Virus record (IMG/VR): IMGVR_UViG_3300022876_000180
Coordinates: 1 to 45,375 of that record
DNA: 45,375 nucleotides
Direction: 5' to 3' (one strand)
Source of the DNA: a virus
Taxonomy: Duplodnaviria > Caudoviricetes
In this document: positions 1 through 7,366 of the stretch, one piece after another
How positions within the stretch are numbered: position 1 is the stretch's first letter
Layout of the letters: each line of letters begins with the position of its first letter
Notes under the pieces: model-generated
Told to the model about the DNA's origin: nothing
Seen by the model: the letters and a program-made list of their open reading frames with translations, nothing else
Database searches by the model: none
Position numbers and translations under genes: made by a program

Positions 1-1095
1 ATGGGCACGATCACATCACGCAAGCGCAAGGACAATTCGACGGCCTACACGGCGCAGATACGGATCAATCGAGACGGGCGCACAGTTTATCAGGAAAGCC
101 AAACCTTCGACCGCAAGCAGGTCGCCCAGGCCTGGATCAAGCGCCGGGAGACGGAGCTGGCCGAGCCCGGCGCCATTGAGCGCGCTAACCGCAAGGGTGT
201 GACGGTCAGGAAGATGATTGAGCAGTACCTGGACGAGTACGAGAAGATCCGCCCGCTGGGTAAAACCAAGAGAGCCACGCTGAATGCGATCAAAGACACC
301 TGGCTGGGTGATCTAGACGACTCGGCGCTCTCCAGTCAGAAACTGGTGGAGTTCGCTCAGTGGCGGATGAGCCAGGAAGGCGGTGGCGTGCAGGCGCAGA
401 CGGTTGGTAACGATCTGTCGCACCTGGGCGCGGTGCTGTCGGTCGCGCGGCCGGCGTGGGGCTATGAGGTGGATCCGCTGGCTACGCCTGACGCCCGTAA
501 GGTGCTGCGCAAGCTCGGCATGGTCAGCAAGAGTAAGGAGCGCAACCGCCGGCCGACGCTCGACGAGTTGGACAGGCTGATGAAGCACTTTTTCGAAATG
601 CAGGCGCGCCGCAAAGCTCAAATCGATATGCCGAAGATGATCGCCTTCGCGATCTTCTCGACACGCCGACAGGAAGAAATCACGCGGATCCGCTGGGACG
701 ATCTCGATGAGTCTCGACAGGCTGTCTTGGTGCGGGATATGAAGAACCCTGGGCAGAAGATCGGCAATGACGTGTGGTGTCATCTACCTGATGAGGCCTG
801 GGCGATCTTGCACAGCATGCCCAGGGTTGCGAGGGAGATCTTTCCTTATAACGCAAAGTCGGTCTCAGCGTCCTTCACGCGAGCGTGTCCGATGCTTGGG
901 ATTGAAGATCTGCATTTCCATGATCTGCGACACGAAGGGGTGAGCCGGCTCTTTGAGATGGACTGGGATATTCCGAGGGTGTCCAGCGTTTCAGGACACA
1001 GAGATTGGAACTCTTTACGCCGTTACACGCATTTACGCGGAAGAGGGAATCAGTATAAAGGCTGGAAATGGTTGGGTATTGCTATGGAAGCATAG
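1..1095 (+). CDS. int: Tyrosine recombinase/integrase (dusA-associated type)
   Basis: Catalytic R (STRRQEEI), HDLRH, GH and RRY motifs; paralogue of 43761..44888. Confidence 0.93.
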   Translation: MGTITSRKRKDNSTAYTAQIRINRDGRTVYQESQTFDRKQVAQAWIKRRETELAEPGAIERANRKGVTVRKMIEQYLDEYEKIRPLGKTKRATLNAIKDTWLGDLDDSALSSQKLVEFAQWRMSQEGGGVQAQTVGNDLSHLGAVLSVARPAWGYEVDPLATPDARKVLRKLGMVSKSKERNRRPTLDELDRLMKHFFEMQARRKAQIDMPKMIAFAIFSTRRQEEITRIRWDDLDESRQAVLVRDMKNPGQKIGNDVWCHLPDEAWAILHSMPRVAREIFPYNAKSVSASFTRACPMLGIEDLHFHDLRHEGVSRLFEMDWDIPRVSSVSGHRDWNSLRRYTHLRGRGNQYKGWKWLGIAMEA

Positions 1096-1186
1096 AAAAA
1101 AATGCTTCGCGAGAGGTTGATTTCAGAATGCCAGTATCCATATAAATGGTGCGGGATCGCTAAATTCAAACTAGAAGGATTTTTTC

Positions 1187-1477
1187 ATGTACGACTACGC
1201 AATATCGGCTGTCCGCTATGACAGCACTGAGACCCACATCCAGGCAGTAAGAGTCCACAGAGACTTCGGTACGAGCATTGGACACGCAATGGTTTGTGAC
1301 CGAGCCTTCGTGGCTGATCTGATCTCGCGCAACAAGGCTACGTTCCAGACAGTTGTTAAGGGCACCACCAATCCATGGCAAGACGGTGCCCGTATTCACG
1401 TGATCGATGATGTATACCTGTCGACCGATCCAAACAGCCGTAAAAAAGACAATTTGGGTAATCTACCCACTTTCTAA
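1187..1477 (+). CDS. DUF3892-like small protein
   Basis: C-terminal YLSTDPN..DNLGNLPTF signature; AAGGA RBS. Confidence 0.7.
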   Translation: MYDYAISAVRYDSTETHIQAVRVHRDFGTSIGHAMVCDRAFVADLISRNKATFQTVVKGTTNPWQDGARIHVIDDVYLSTDPNSRKKDNLGNLPTF

Positions 1478-1500
1478 ACCAGCCACGCTATTCAAATAAG

Positions 1501-1523
1501 CGGCCCGTAACCCGCACGGGCCG
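1501..1523. terminator. Hairpin between convergent genes
   Basis: cggcccgt-N7-acgggccg perfect 8-bp stem. Confidence 0.5.
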
Positions 1524-1529
1524 TGATAT

Positions 1530-1799
1530 TCATGCCGCTCTGCCCATCAACTGATTTTGTTCTTTTATTGCCTTCTCTCGTTGCTTATCTATGTAGTCTG
1601 CGAGATCTTTTATATGAATACCCAGTCCGGCTTTCTGACTGTCTGCACCTAAGCGAACGATCGGCACATCAATTTCGCCATCCAGTCGTTTCCTTTTGAA
1701 TTTCTCCACGGTGAGATTCATGTAGTCGGCACACACTCGGTCCAGTGGAATGACAGCCTGACCGTCATATTGGGCCATCAGTAGAAACAAAGTGTTCAT
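1530..1799 (-). CDS. PrtN-family (pyocin activator-like) DNA-binding protein, probable excisionase role
   Basis: MNTLFLLMAQYDG..IPLDRVCADY motif; ATGA overlap with the upstream gene; position convergent on the integrase. Excisionase role is inference. Confidence 0.75.
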   Translation of the reverse strand: MNTLFLLMAQYDGQAVIPLDRVCADYMNLTVEKFKRKRLDGEIDVPIVRLGADSQKAGLGIHIKDLADYIDKQREKAIKEQNQLMGRAA

Positions 1800-2785
1800 G
1801 CTGCCTCCACCATATTGAGTGGCTCCCATTTGTTATCACAGAGCCCGTAGGCGCTTGAGCAGGCGGTTGCGTCTGTGGCGATCATTAAGTCGTACTGGAT
1901 ACCGCCTCGGGCGGTCTTGGACCATTCCACGGCCTGTCGGATGTTGGCGATCTCCATCACTTCAAGTGCGGTCATATTGGCTATGGAGCCTTTGGGATGT
2001 TTGGCATTGCTCCCGGCGAAAAAAGTCGCCCCACCGCGTTTGCTGACCTGCCTTACCAGTCGCTCCCAGCGATCAATTCGGTCGATTACCTCTGGGAATC
2101 GTAGGTCAATAGCCCGTAGTTCCTCCTTACGGCAATTGATGCAGGGCATGCAGCCGACGCGGCCCATATCTTGGGAGTAGAGCGGGTTCGGCCTGATGCC
2201 CATGTAGCGATGGGCCTCGAATACTGCTGGGATGTCCCACTTCAAGATTGGTCTGTAGTTGAACAGCCCCCCTCCGACTTCGTCGCATTCGGGCAGGTAG
2301 CGCCTGTTCAGTGACTCATCTGCGCGGACACCTTGCCAACTGATCAGCATGTCATCGTTGCCCATCAGCGGCATGATTACCTGCTCAAGCATCGGGTCTC
2401 GCTTGAGCTCCATGGTGCAGAACTGTGCCTTTCGGCTGGGGAAACGTCCTTTCCAGAGGCAGAGATCAAGGAAGGGGTTCCCTGTGGGCTGCAGTACATC
2501 AAGTGCTGCAAGAACCACGGACTCTTCAATGCCTTGTTCGCGCCATTTGGTTTCGATGAACTTCCTTTTCCCGGCAATCTGCCGGCTGAAGTCTGCGCGA
2601 ACCCGTGTAATGGTTACTCCGGTGGCTTGTTCCAGATATTCCAGGTATTGGTAGGTCTGGTCGTGCTCATTTCCGGTATCGGCAAACACGGCCTGCAGGT
2701 TGGATGTTTCCAGGGCGATGGCGACGAGCAGGGTGGCGGTGCTGTCCTTGCCGCCACTCACGCTGACAATGTTATGAGTGGTCAT
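1796..2785 (-). CDS. PAPS-reductase-family protein
   Basis: SVSGGKDS PP-loop, ADTG, GVRADES..R, RVGCMPC. Confidence 0.85.
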   Translation of the reverse strand: MTTHNIVSVSGGKDSTATLLVAIALETSNLQAVFADTGNEHDQTYQYLEYLEQATGVTITRVRADFSRQIAGKRKFIETKWREQGIEESVVLAALDVLQPTGNPFLDLCLWKGRFPSRKAQFCTMELKRDPMLEQVIMPLMGNDDMLISWQGVRADESLNRRYLPECDEVGGGLFNYRPILKWDIPAVFEAHRYMGIRPNPLYSQDMGRVGCMPCINCRKEELRAIDLRFPEVIDRIDRWERLVRQVSKRGGATFFAGSNAKHPKGSIANMTALEVMEIANIRQAVEWSKTARGGIQYDLMIATDATACSSAYGLCDNKWEPLNMVEAA

Positions 2786-3720
2786 TGATAGCCTCCGGCG
2801 TCAGTCGCTATCGATCGAGAGAAGGGCGAATGCTGTTGCTGCCACTCGCGGAACCTGTCCGTTTCCAAGGGCTTTAATTCGGTCCACCCGATGGGCCACC
2901 CCATTAGCCACTCGACCCATTCCGGGTTCAGCTGGCCACCGTCCGAAGCCATAACCGCATGGTCTAGCCGGGCCTTTGATCGATCCGCGCCAGACTTGCG
3001 TTTCAGAGCTGCTTGGGATGACCCCTTGCTCGCGCTCGCGACCGGAGTCGGCCAAGTCCTGGCTGACACAGCTTCGATCAGGGTTCCGCCTTCCCGTCCC
3101 TTGCGTGGAGTAATCCTTCCGCCCTTGCTCCCGAGTGTCGCCGTCGGCGTGGGCCATTGTTTCGCAGCACTCGACAACCCCCATCCCGCATTCTTGCTGC
3201 TGCCTGGTTTGTTGTGGTTCCCATGAACCGTGATGGTGGGCCACAAGCCAAATGCGGTCGCGTTGATGGGGCGCTCCGCAGTCGGATGCTGAAACAATGC
3301 ACCACTCCGCGTCATACCCCATTTCGGCAAGGTCACCGAGGACCAGTGCAAGTCCTCTTCCCACAAGCAGAGGTGAGTTTTCCACGAGGACGAACTGAGG
3401 TCGTACCTCGCCGATGATTCGTGCCATTTCACGCCAGAGGCCGGAGCGGGCACCGTCGATACCATTCCCGTTCCCGGCAACTGATATGTCCTGACACGGA
3501 AACCCTCCCGAAACCACGTCAACAACGCCGCGCCATGGTCTACCGTCAAAACTGCACACGTCAGACCAAATCGGGAAAGGCGGGATGACTCCATCGTTTT
3601 GTCGTTGCGCCAGAACTTGTGCTGCGTAGGCATCACGCTCAACGGCGCAGACGGTGCGCCATCCCAGCAGGTGTCCGCTGAGTATTCCGCCACCAGCGCC
3701 TGCGAAAAGAGCCAGCTCAT
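2782..3720 (-). CDS. Alternative-frame ORF overlapping the MTase; probable second MTase polypeptide carrying a motif IX-like segment
   Basis: 312 open codons; WPT(P/I) repeats; QLNPEWVEWLMGWPIGWT; start and stop coupled by ATGA overlaps to both neighbours. Confidence 0.65.
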   Translation of the reverse strand: MSWLFSQALVAEYSADTCWDGAPSAPLSVMPTQHKFWRNDKTMESSRLSRFGLTCAVLTVDHGAALLTWFREGFRVRTYQLPGTGMVSTVPAPASGVKWHESSARYDLSSSSWKTHLCLWEEDLHWSSVTLPKWGMTRSGALFQHPTAERPINATAFGLWPTITVHGNHNKPGSSKNAGWGLSSAAKQWPTPTATLGSKGGRITPRKGREGGTLIEAVSARTWPTPVASASKGSSQAALKRKSGADRSKARLDHAVMASDGGQLNPEWVEWLMGWPIGWTELKPLETDRFREWQQQHSPFSRSIATDAGGYQ

Positions 3721-3724
3721 TCAT
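2801..3724 (-). CDS. DNA (cytosine-5) methyltransferase, main chain
   Basis: Motif I LFAGAGG, IV GFPCQDIS, VI ENS, VIII HQRDRIW, X ALGNGQVP. Confidence 0.9.
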   Translation of the reverse strand: MNELALFAGAGGGILSGHLLGWRTVCAVERDAYAAQVLAQRQNDGVIPPFPIWSDVCSFDGRPWRGVVDVVSGGFPCQDISVAGNGNGIDGARSGLWREMARIIGEVRPQFVLVENSPLLVGRGLALVLGDLAEMGYDAEWCIVSASDCGAPHQRDRIWLVAHHHGSWEPQQTRQQQECGMGVVECCETMAHADGDTREQGRKDYSTQGTGRRNPDRSCVSQDLADSGREREQGVIPSSSETQVWRGSIKGPARPCGYGFGRWPAEPGMGRVANGVAHRVDRIKALGNGQVPRVAATAFALLSIDSD

Positions 3725-4292
3725 TGACTCTCCGGATATGGGCGGCCTGATGCTGTGCGGATATCAGTTGGCTTGTAAGGCGTGGAGTAGTGGATGCACT
3801 GGAGGAGATGGTGCTAGATGCGGTCTTGTTCCCCCAGGTCCGGATGCCTTCGCTCTGATCATCTGTCACTTGTTTCCAGGCCCTGCGCATCCAGGCAGCG
3901 AAGCCTGCTCGATATGCGTAGTGCTCGCGGGCGAACTTGTCGGAGGGGTTCGATCCGGCGGCCCGAATGTACGTGTCGCGGTTTGCGCAATACTGCAGGC
4001 CTTCCGGAACCGGAAATTCCTTTTCGTATTCGGTACGTTCATCGCTGTGAGGTGAGTGCTTATACCCCACAACAGGCTGCGCGGGCGGGCGTTCCTGAGC
4101 GATTAGCGCTGCATCAACACTGGCTGCCTCGCGCAGCTTTTCGTGGGGTATAAGTGCTTCGGCAGTGGCGCTGATAGGGTCAATAATGCCTGCTGCTTCG
4201 CAGCAGAGACTCTTTGTTTCTTGCGCGTCGACGCCGCAAGCGTTGCGGAGCAAAGCGGGTATGGATTGGGTGTTTGTCTGTTCGATCTTCAT
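3717..4292 (-). CDS. Phage hypothetical protein
   Basis: 191-aa ORF in the coupled early operon. Confidence 0.6.
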   Translation of the reverse strand: MKIEQTNTQSIPALLRNACGVDAQETKSLCCEAAGIIDPISATAEALIPHEKLREAASVDAALIAQERPPAQPVVGYKHSPHSDERTEYEKEFPVPEGLQYCANRDTYIRAAGSNPSDKFAREHYAYRAGFAAWMRRAWKQVTDDQSEGIRTWGNKTASSTISSSASTTPRLTSQLISAQHQAAHIRRVNE

Positions 4293-4467
4293 GCCGCTTT
4301 ACTCCGATGTTCGATTGCGCGTTGGTCCGTCAGGTGTTGGGTGAAGCGCTTGCCGGTGTAGGGGGGAGTCCGAGTCATGCGGCCTCCCTGACGAGATCTG
4401 CCAGCAGCAAGGCGTGCTTGGTGTGTTTGTGCAGTTGGCGCACGGCGTCGGCGCCGATCCGGGCGCT

Positions 4468-4872
4468 TCATGCTGCGTCCTCCTGAGCTGCCGGCTCCAA
4501 CGCCTCGGCCATGGCAAGAACCTGGTCCTGCAAGGCGAGCGTTTCGTGGGAGATGGTCTTGCCGGTGCGCAGTGCGCCGAAGGTTGCGGCGGCAATCCTC
4601 AGCTTGTCGGCGACGTCCAACAGAAATTCCCGTGACTGGCCGGCCTTGAGCCTTTTGCAGTGCTGGGCGAGGTGCAGGTGATTGGCCTGGATGAATTGCA
4701 GGGAGGCCTTCAGTTCCCTGATGGTCTTTGCGTTTTCTGCTTGGGTGACTTCTTTCCCTTCCAGCAGGCCTTTCGCCTGGCCGTCCTTGCGACCGAAAAA
4801 ATAGCCGAGGTTGATCAGCAGAGCGGCAGCGAGTGTCAGACCGATCAGTGCATAGATTTGAGTAGCGGTCAT
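4468..4872 (-). CDS. Phage protein with N-terminal TM helix and coiled coil
   Basis: Hydrophobic IYALIGLTLAAALLINLGYFFG; AGGAG RBS. Confidence 0.7.
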   Translation of the reverse strand: MTATQIYALIGLTLAAALLINLGYFFGRKDGQAKGLLEGKEVTQAENAKTIRELKASLQFIQANHLHLAQHCKRLKAGQSREFLLDVADKLRIAAATFGALRTGKTISHETLALQDQVLAMAEALEPAAQEDAA

Positions 4873-4920
4873 GTGGTGTGCTCCTGGTGGTTTGCATGGC
4901 CGGTGGTGGCGGCCGTTGGG

Positions 4921-5238
4921 TTAGTCGTTTGTTTCGGCTTGTGCTCGAGGCATTTCCTCGTCCGCCCTGTAGGCTCTGATATCGATCAGCGCTGCGACAT
5001 GCCGGATGTGCGCGTATTTCGGTGCCTTGCGGCTGTTGTCCAGGGTGGTGATGGGTAACTCGATCCGGCCGCTGGTGATCTCTGCCGCAAACGACTCCTT
5101 GTTGAGGTTGCGGAAATACTGCTCGCGCAGTCTTTCAAGGGGGATCAACACGTCACCGAAGGTTCGATAGAGCAGCTCGACGGTGGATGAATCCGGTGCG
5201 GGGTGCAGTCGCAGCGGTGCTTGGCTGTTATTGCTCAT
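4921..5238 (-). CDS. Second PrtN-family protein
   Basis: LLYRTFGDVLIPLE..YFRNL..I..G.IELP..S.K, similar to 1530..1799. Confidence 0.7.
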   Translation of the reverse strand: MSNNSQAPLRLHPAPDSSTVELLYRTFGDVLIPLERLREQYFRNLNKESFAAEITSGRIELPITTLDNSRKAPKYAHIRHVAALIDIRAYRADEEMPRAQAETND

Positions 5239-5410
5239 GGCTCTGTTGGGCCTCCTTGCGTTTTTGGCGTGCTGGGTGGTTCCAGGCGTTCAGGCAGTGG
5301 CGTTTGGTCAGCTCCCGCAGATGTTCTGGTACTTCGAGGAGCGCGGTATTGCGCTCCTCTTTGGTACGCAGGGCTAAGATCTGGCGGGCGTACTCCCTAG
5401 GCCACGTCAC
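5228..5410 (-). CDS. Small phage hypothetical protein
   Basis: 60 aa, overlaps both neighbours in the operon. Confidence 0.55.
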   Translation of the reverse strand: MTWPREYARQILALRTKEERNTALLEVPEHLRELTKRHCLNAWNHPARQKRKEAQQSHEQ

Positions 5411-5681
5411 GGTTGTCTGCCGGGATGGCAGGCAGGTCGATACCCAACTGTTCAGCTAACCAGCGCAGGCCGGCTTGCTTCACTCGGGTGGACTGGCTGT
5501 ACTGCATCCCGAAATCCGGGTGCCACCATTGGCCGTTCTTGATGCTCAAGTACTCGCGGTCGCGGGTGGGGTAGGCCGGCAGCTTTTTGTCGTTGATCAG
5601 ACCTTTCTCGCGCATGAGCTTGATCAGCGTTGGGCGGGTGATGCCGAAGTACTTGGCGGTCTTTGCGAGGTCGCGTTCCAT
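5397..5681 (-). CDS. Antirepressor KilAC (ANT)-domain protein
   Basis: AKYFGITRPTLIKLMREKGLI..TRVKQAGLRWL pattern. Confidence 0.7.
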   Translation of the reverse strand: MERDLAKTAKYFGITRPTLIKLMREKGLINDKKLPAYPTRDREYLSIKNGQWWHPDFGMQYSQSTRVKQAGLRWLAEQLGIDLPAIPADNRDVA

Positions 5682-5690
5682 AGTTGCCCC

Positions 5691-6281
5691 CTACGCCGCG
5701 TGTGCTGCAGGAGTTGCGACTGCAGCCAGGTGGTTGATGGACTCGACGATCTTCTCGTACATCTCGGTGTCGCTACCGCACACGGTGAAGCACTTGGTGC
5801 GGGGCTTCTTCACACCAATGCTCATGATGGTCGTCACGGCTTTGCGCGTGATGTTGCGATGGAGGGCAATCTGAAGGGGGAGATCGAAGCCCATATCCAG
5901 GCTGATGGTGCCGCCTGTGCATACCAGCTCGAACACTTGCTGCCGTTGTTCGGTTTCAAAGGTGCCGAAGCGTCGGCTTGCGTGGGGAAGTGCCAGCAGA
6001 TCGGATGTGCTGCTTGGATCGAAGGGGCCATTAACGATCTCTTCGATAAAGTCAGCCAGCTTGAGGTGCATCTTCTTTTCGTTCGGCAGGGTCAGCGTGT
6101 GGCGTTCGCTTCCCAGCTCGACAGTGAAGAGCGTATCGGATTGGCTGCGTTCAACCTTCAGACGGAACGACAGCACATCACGTCGCGGGGTGGACCGGAG
6201 CGTATGAGTAAAGGTTTCGGTCAGATTGACCTGGGCATTGAGCAACTGCAGCGTGCGGTTGTCGAGTTTGTACTTCCTCAT
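5691..6281 (-). CDS. Phage hypothetical protein
   Basis: 196-aa ORF with GGAGG RBS and ATGA coupling. Confidence 0.7.
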   Translation of the reverse strand: MRKYKLDNRTLQLLNAQVNLTETFTHTLRSTPRRDVLSFRLKVERSQSDTLFTVELGSERHTLTLPNEKKMHLKLADFIEEIVNGPFDPSSTSDLLALPHASRRFGTFETEQRQQVFELVCTGGTISLDMGFDLPLQIALHRNITRKAVTTIMSIGVKKPRTKCFTVCGSDTEMYEKIVESINHLAAVATPAAHAA

Positions 6282-6445
6282 GCTGCATGCCCTCCGCCGT
6301 TCGGGCCGAAAGGGGCGGGGCGGGGCTGCTTGGGTTTGCTGGCGACGAACTCACACCCGGCCTCACGGGCCAGACGGCGGATTTCAAAGGTGTGGAATGG
6401 GGTAGCAGCGGTCGGGTGGACGTGCAGGGTTGCTGTGGTGTGCAT
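6278..6445 (-). CDS. 55-aa first gene of the early left operon (not in ORF track)
   Basis: MHTTATLHVHP...GGHAA*; GAGG RBS; stop overlaps the ATG of 5691..6281. Confidence 0.6.
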   Translation of the reverse strand: MHTTATLHVHPTAATPFHTFEIRRLAREAGCEFVASKPKQPRPAPFGPNGGGHAA

Positions 6446-6482
6446 GGTATTGCCTCACTCTGTGGTGGAAGAGAGTGGGCAT

Positions 6483-6533
6483 AATTCAACCCATGCGGTT
6501 GTTTTTGTCAATGAAAATTAACCCAAAAGGTTA
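6483..6533 (-). promoter_or_regulatory. pL-like promoter with two repressor operators
   Basis: Minus-strand TTGACA (6511-6506)-17-TGAATT; palindromes CAACC-N5-GGTTG (6487-6501) and TAACC-N5-GGTTA (6519-6533). Confidence 0.7.
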
Positions 6534-6545
6534 GTTTTTAAGAGT

Positions 6546-6574
6546 TTGCTTTTGTGGTGGCCATGGGCTATAAA
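6546..6574 (+). promoter_or_regulatory. sigma70 promoter for the RT cassette
   Basis: TTGCTT-17 bp-TATAAA. Confidence 0.6.
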
Positions 6575-6584
6575 ATAGGCAAGG

Positions 6585-6616
6585 TCGGGTGTACCACCCG
6601 AGCGCGCTCTTTAAAA
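6585..6616 (+). promoter_or_regulatory. boxB-like hairpin plus boxA antitermination element
   Basis: tcgggtg-tac-cacccga hairpin, then GCTCTTTAAAA (6606-6616), matching the boxA consensus GYTCTTTAANA. Confidence 0.6.
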
Positions 6617-6639
6617 TTCATCGATAGAAATAATCAGGC

Positions 6640-6962
6640 TTGCAGTTGTGATTGGTAAAACAATCAGCTTTGGGTTCTACAAAGCTTTATCCGCCACCCG
6701 TATGTCCGCCCTGATCGAGTTCACAGATTACTGCTTATGCAGACCTGTGGGTTAAGCCTCAACGTTTCTTAGCGCTGAGTGCAGAGATTACTCTCCGTCA
6801 CCGTAAAGATTTAACGTTAACGATACTCGTTGACGGTTTGTCCTAACGCTGACCGAAGAGCAGCCACCGTTGGCCAATCTGGCTAACGCTAACTTAGATC
6901 AATAGGGTGAACAATGCGGCGGACGGGCTTATTAAACTTCGTTTAATAAGCCAGAACTGCGA
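6640..6962 (+). ncRNA. Putative retron-like msr-msd ncRNA
   Basis: Closing inverted repeat ttgcagtt (6640-6647)/aactgcga (6955-6962); unpaired G6648; two short hairpins (6649-6666, 6667-6685); large enclosed domain (6704-6924); perfect 12-bp hairpin 6926-6952; upstream of a retron-type RT. Confidence 0.6.
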
Positions 6963-7038
6963 TTTGTATGGACACCTTCATGTTCCTTTCGGCCTGAAAG
7001 CTTCGCGGCGGGGCAATCCAGCCCGTGAGGATATATCG

Positions 7039-7293
7039 ATGCAAAAATTTAAGAGTACTCAACGTTCTGCGTTGAAAAGTAAGCAAGACAATGAAGGTGT
7101 TCGCGTTGTTAAAAAAGGCAAAGGGAAACCAAAATCTAAGGTTCCTTCAGAACGAGAGAAGAAAAGTAGTGCTTTTGAGAAGGTGAAAGGCATTGTTACT
7201 CGACTTTCGGTAATGTGGATCTATGATAATTGGTCCCTTATCCATGATAAGGCATCGTTTTGTATCGATGTTTTGATGGAGATTCTTAAATAA
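7039..7293 (+). CDS. 84-aa Lys-rich protein with hydrophobic/amphipathic C-terminus; candidate retron effector
   Basis: GAGGA RBS 7 nt before ATG 7039. The longer GTG start at 6907 runs through ncRNA hairpins and is unlikely. Confidence 0.65.
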   Translation: MQKFKSTQRSALKSKQDNEGVRVVKKGKGKPKSKVPSEREKKSSAFEKVKGIVTRLSVMWIYDNWSLIHDKASFCIDVLMEILK

Positions 7294-7327
7294 TGACGCA
7301 GCAAATCGCATCATCGAAATTTTAGAG

Positions 7328-7353
7328 GGCCCGCATGGTTGCGGGCCTTTTTT
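7328..7353 (+). terminator. Intrinsic terminator between small ORF and RT
   Basis: ggcccgca-tggt-tgcgggcc followed by T6. Confidence 0.75.
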
Positions 7354-7366
7354 ATGGATATTAAAA

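Noticed and set aside
4289-4897. 202-aa alternative-frame ORF
   Set aside because: Low-complexity Arg-rich read overlapping 4468..4872; only the 3' part may be a deleted-gene remnant.
5475-6521. 348-aa plus-strand ORF and many other antisense ORFs over GC-rich genes
   Set aside because: Shadow frames opposite well-supported genes, with no motifs.
6758-6893. CRISPR array interpretation of the repeats
   Set aside because: Repeats are only 11 nt, degenerate and irregularly spaced; no cas genes.
6487-6893. ncRNA repeats as decoys for the phage's own CI operator
   Set aside because: Operator is TAACC-N5-GGTTA; the repeat YTARCGYTRAS has a different core and spacing.
6907-7038. 44-codon N-terminal extension of the small ORF (GTG 6907)
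   Set aside because: Overlaps the ncRNA hairpins and has no clear RBS; ATG 7039 has GAGGA.
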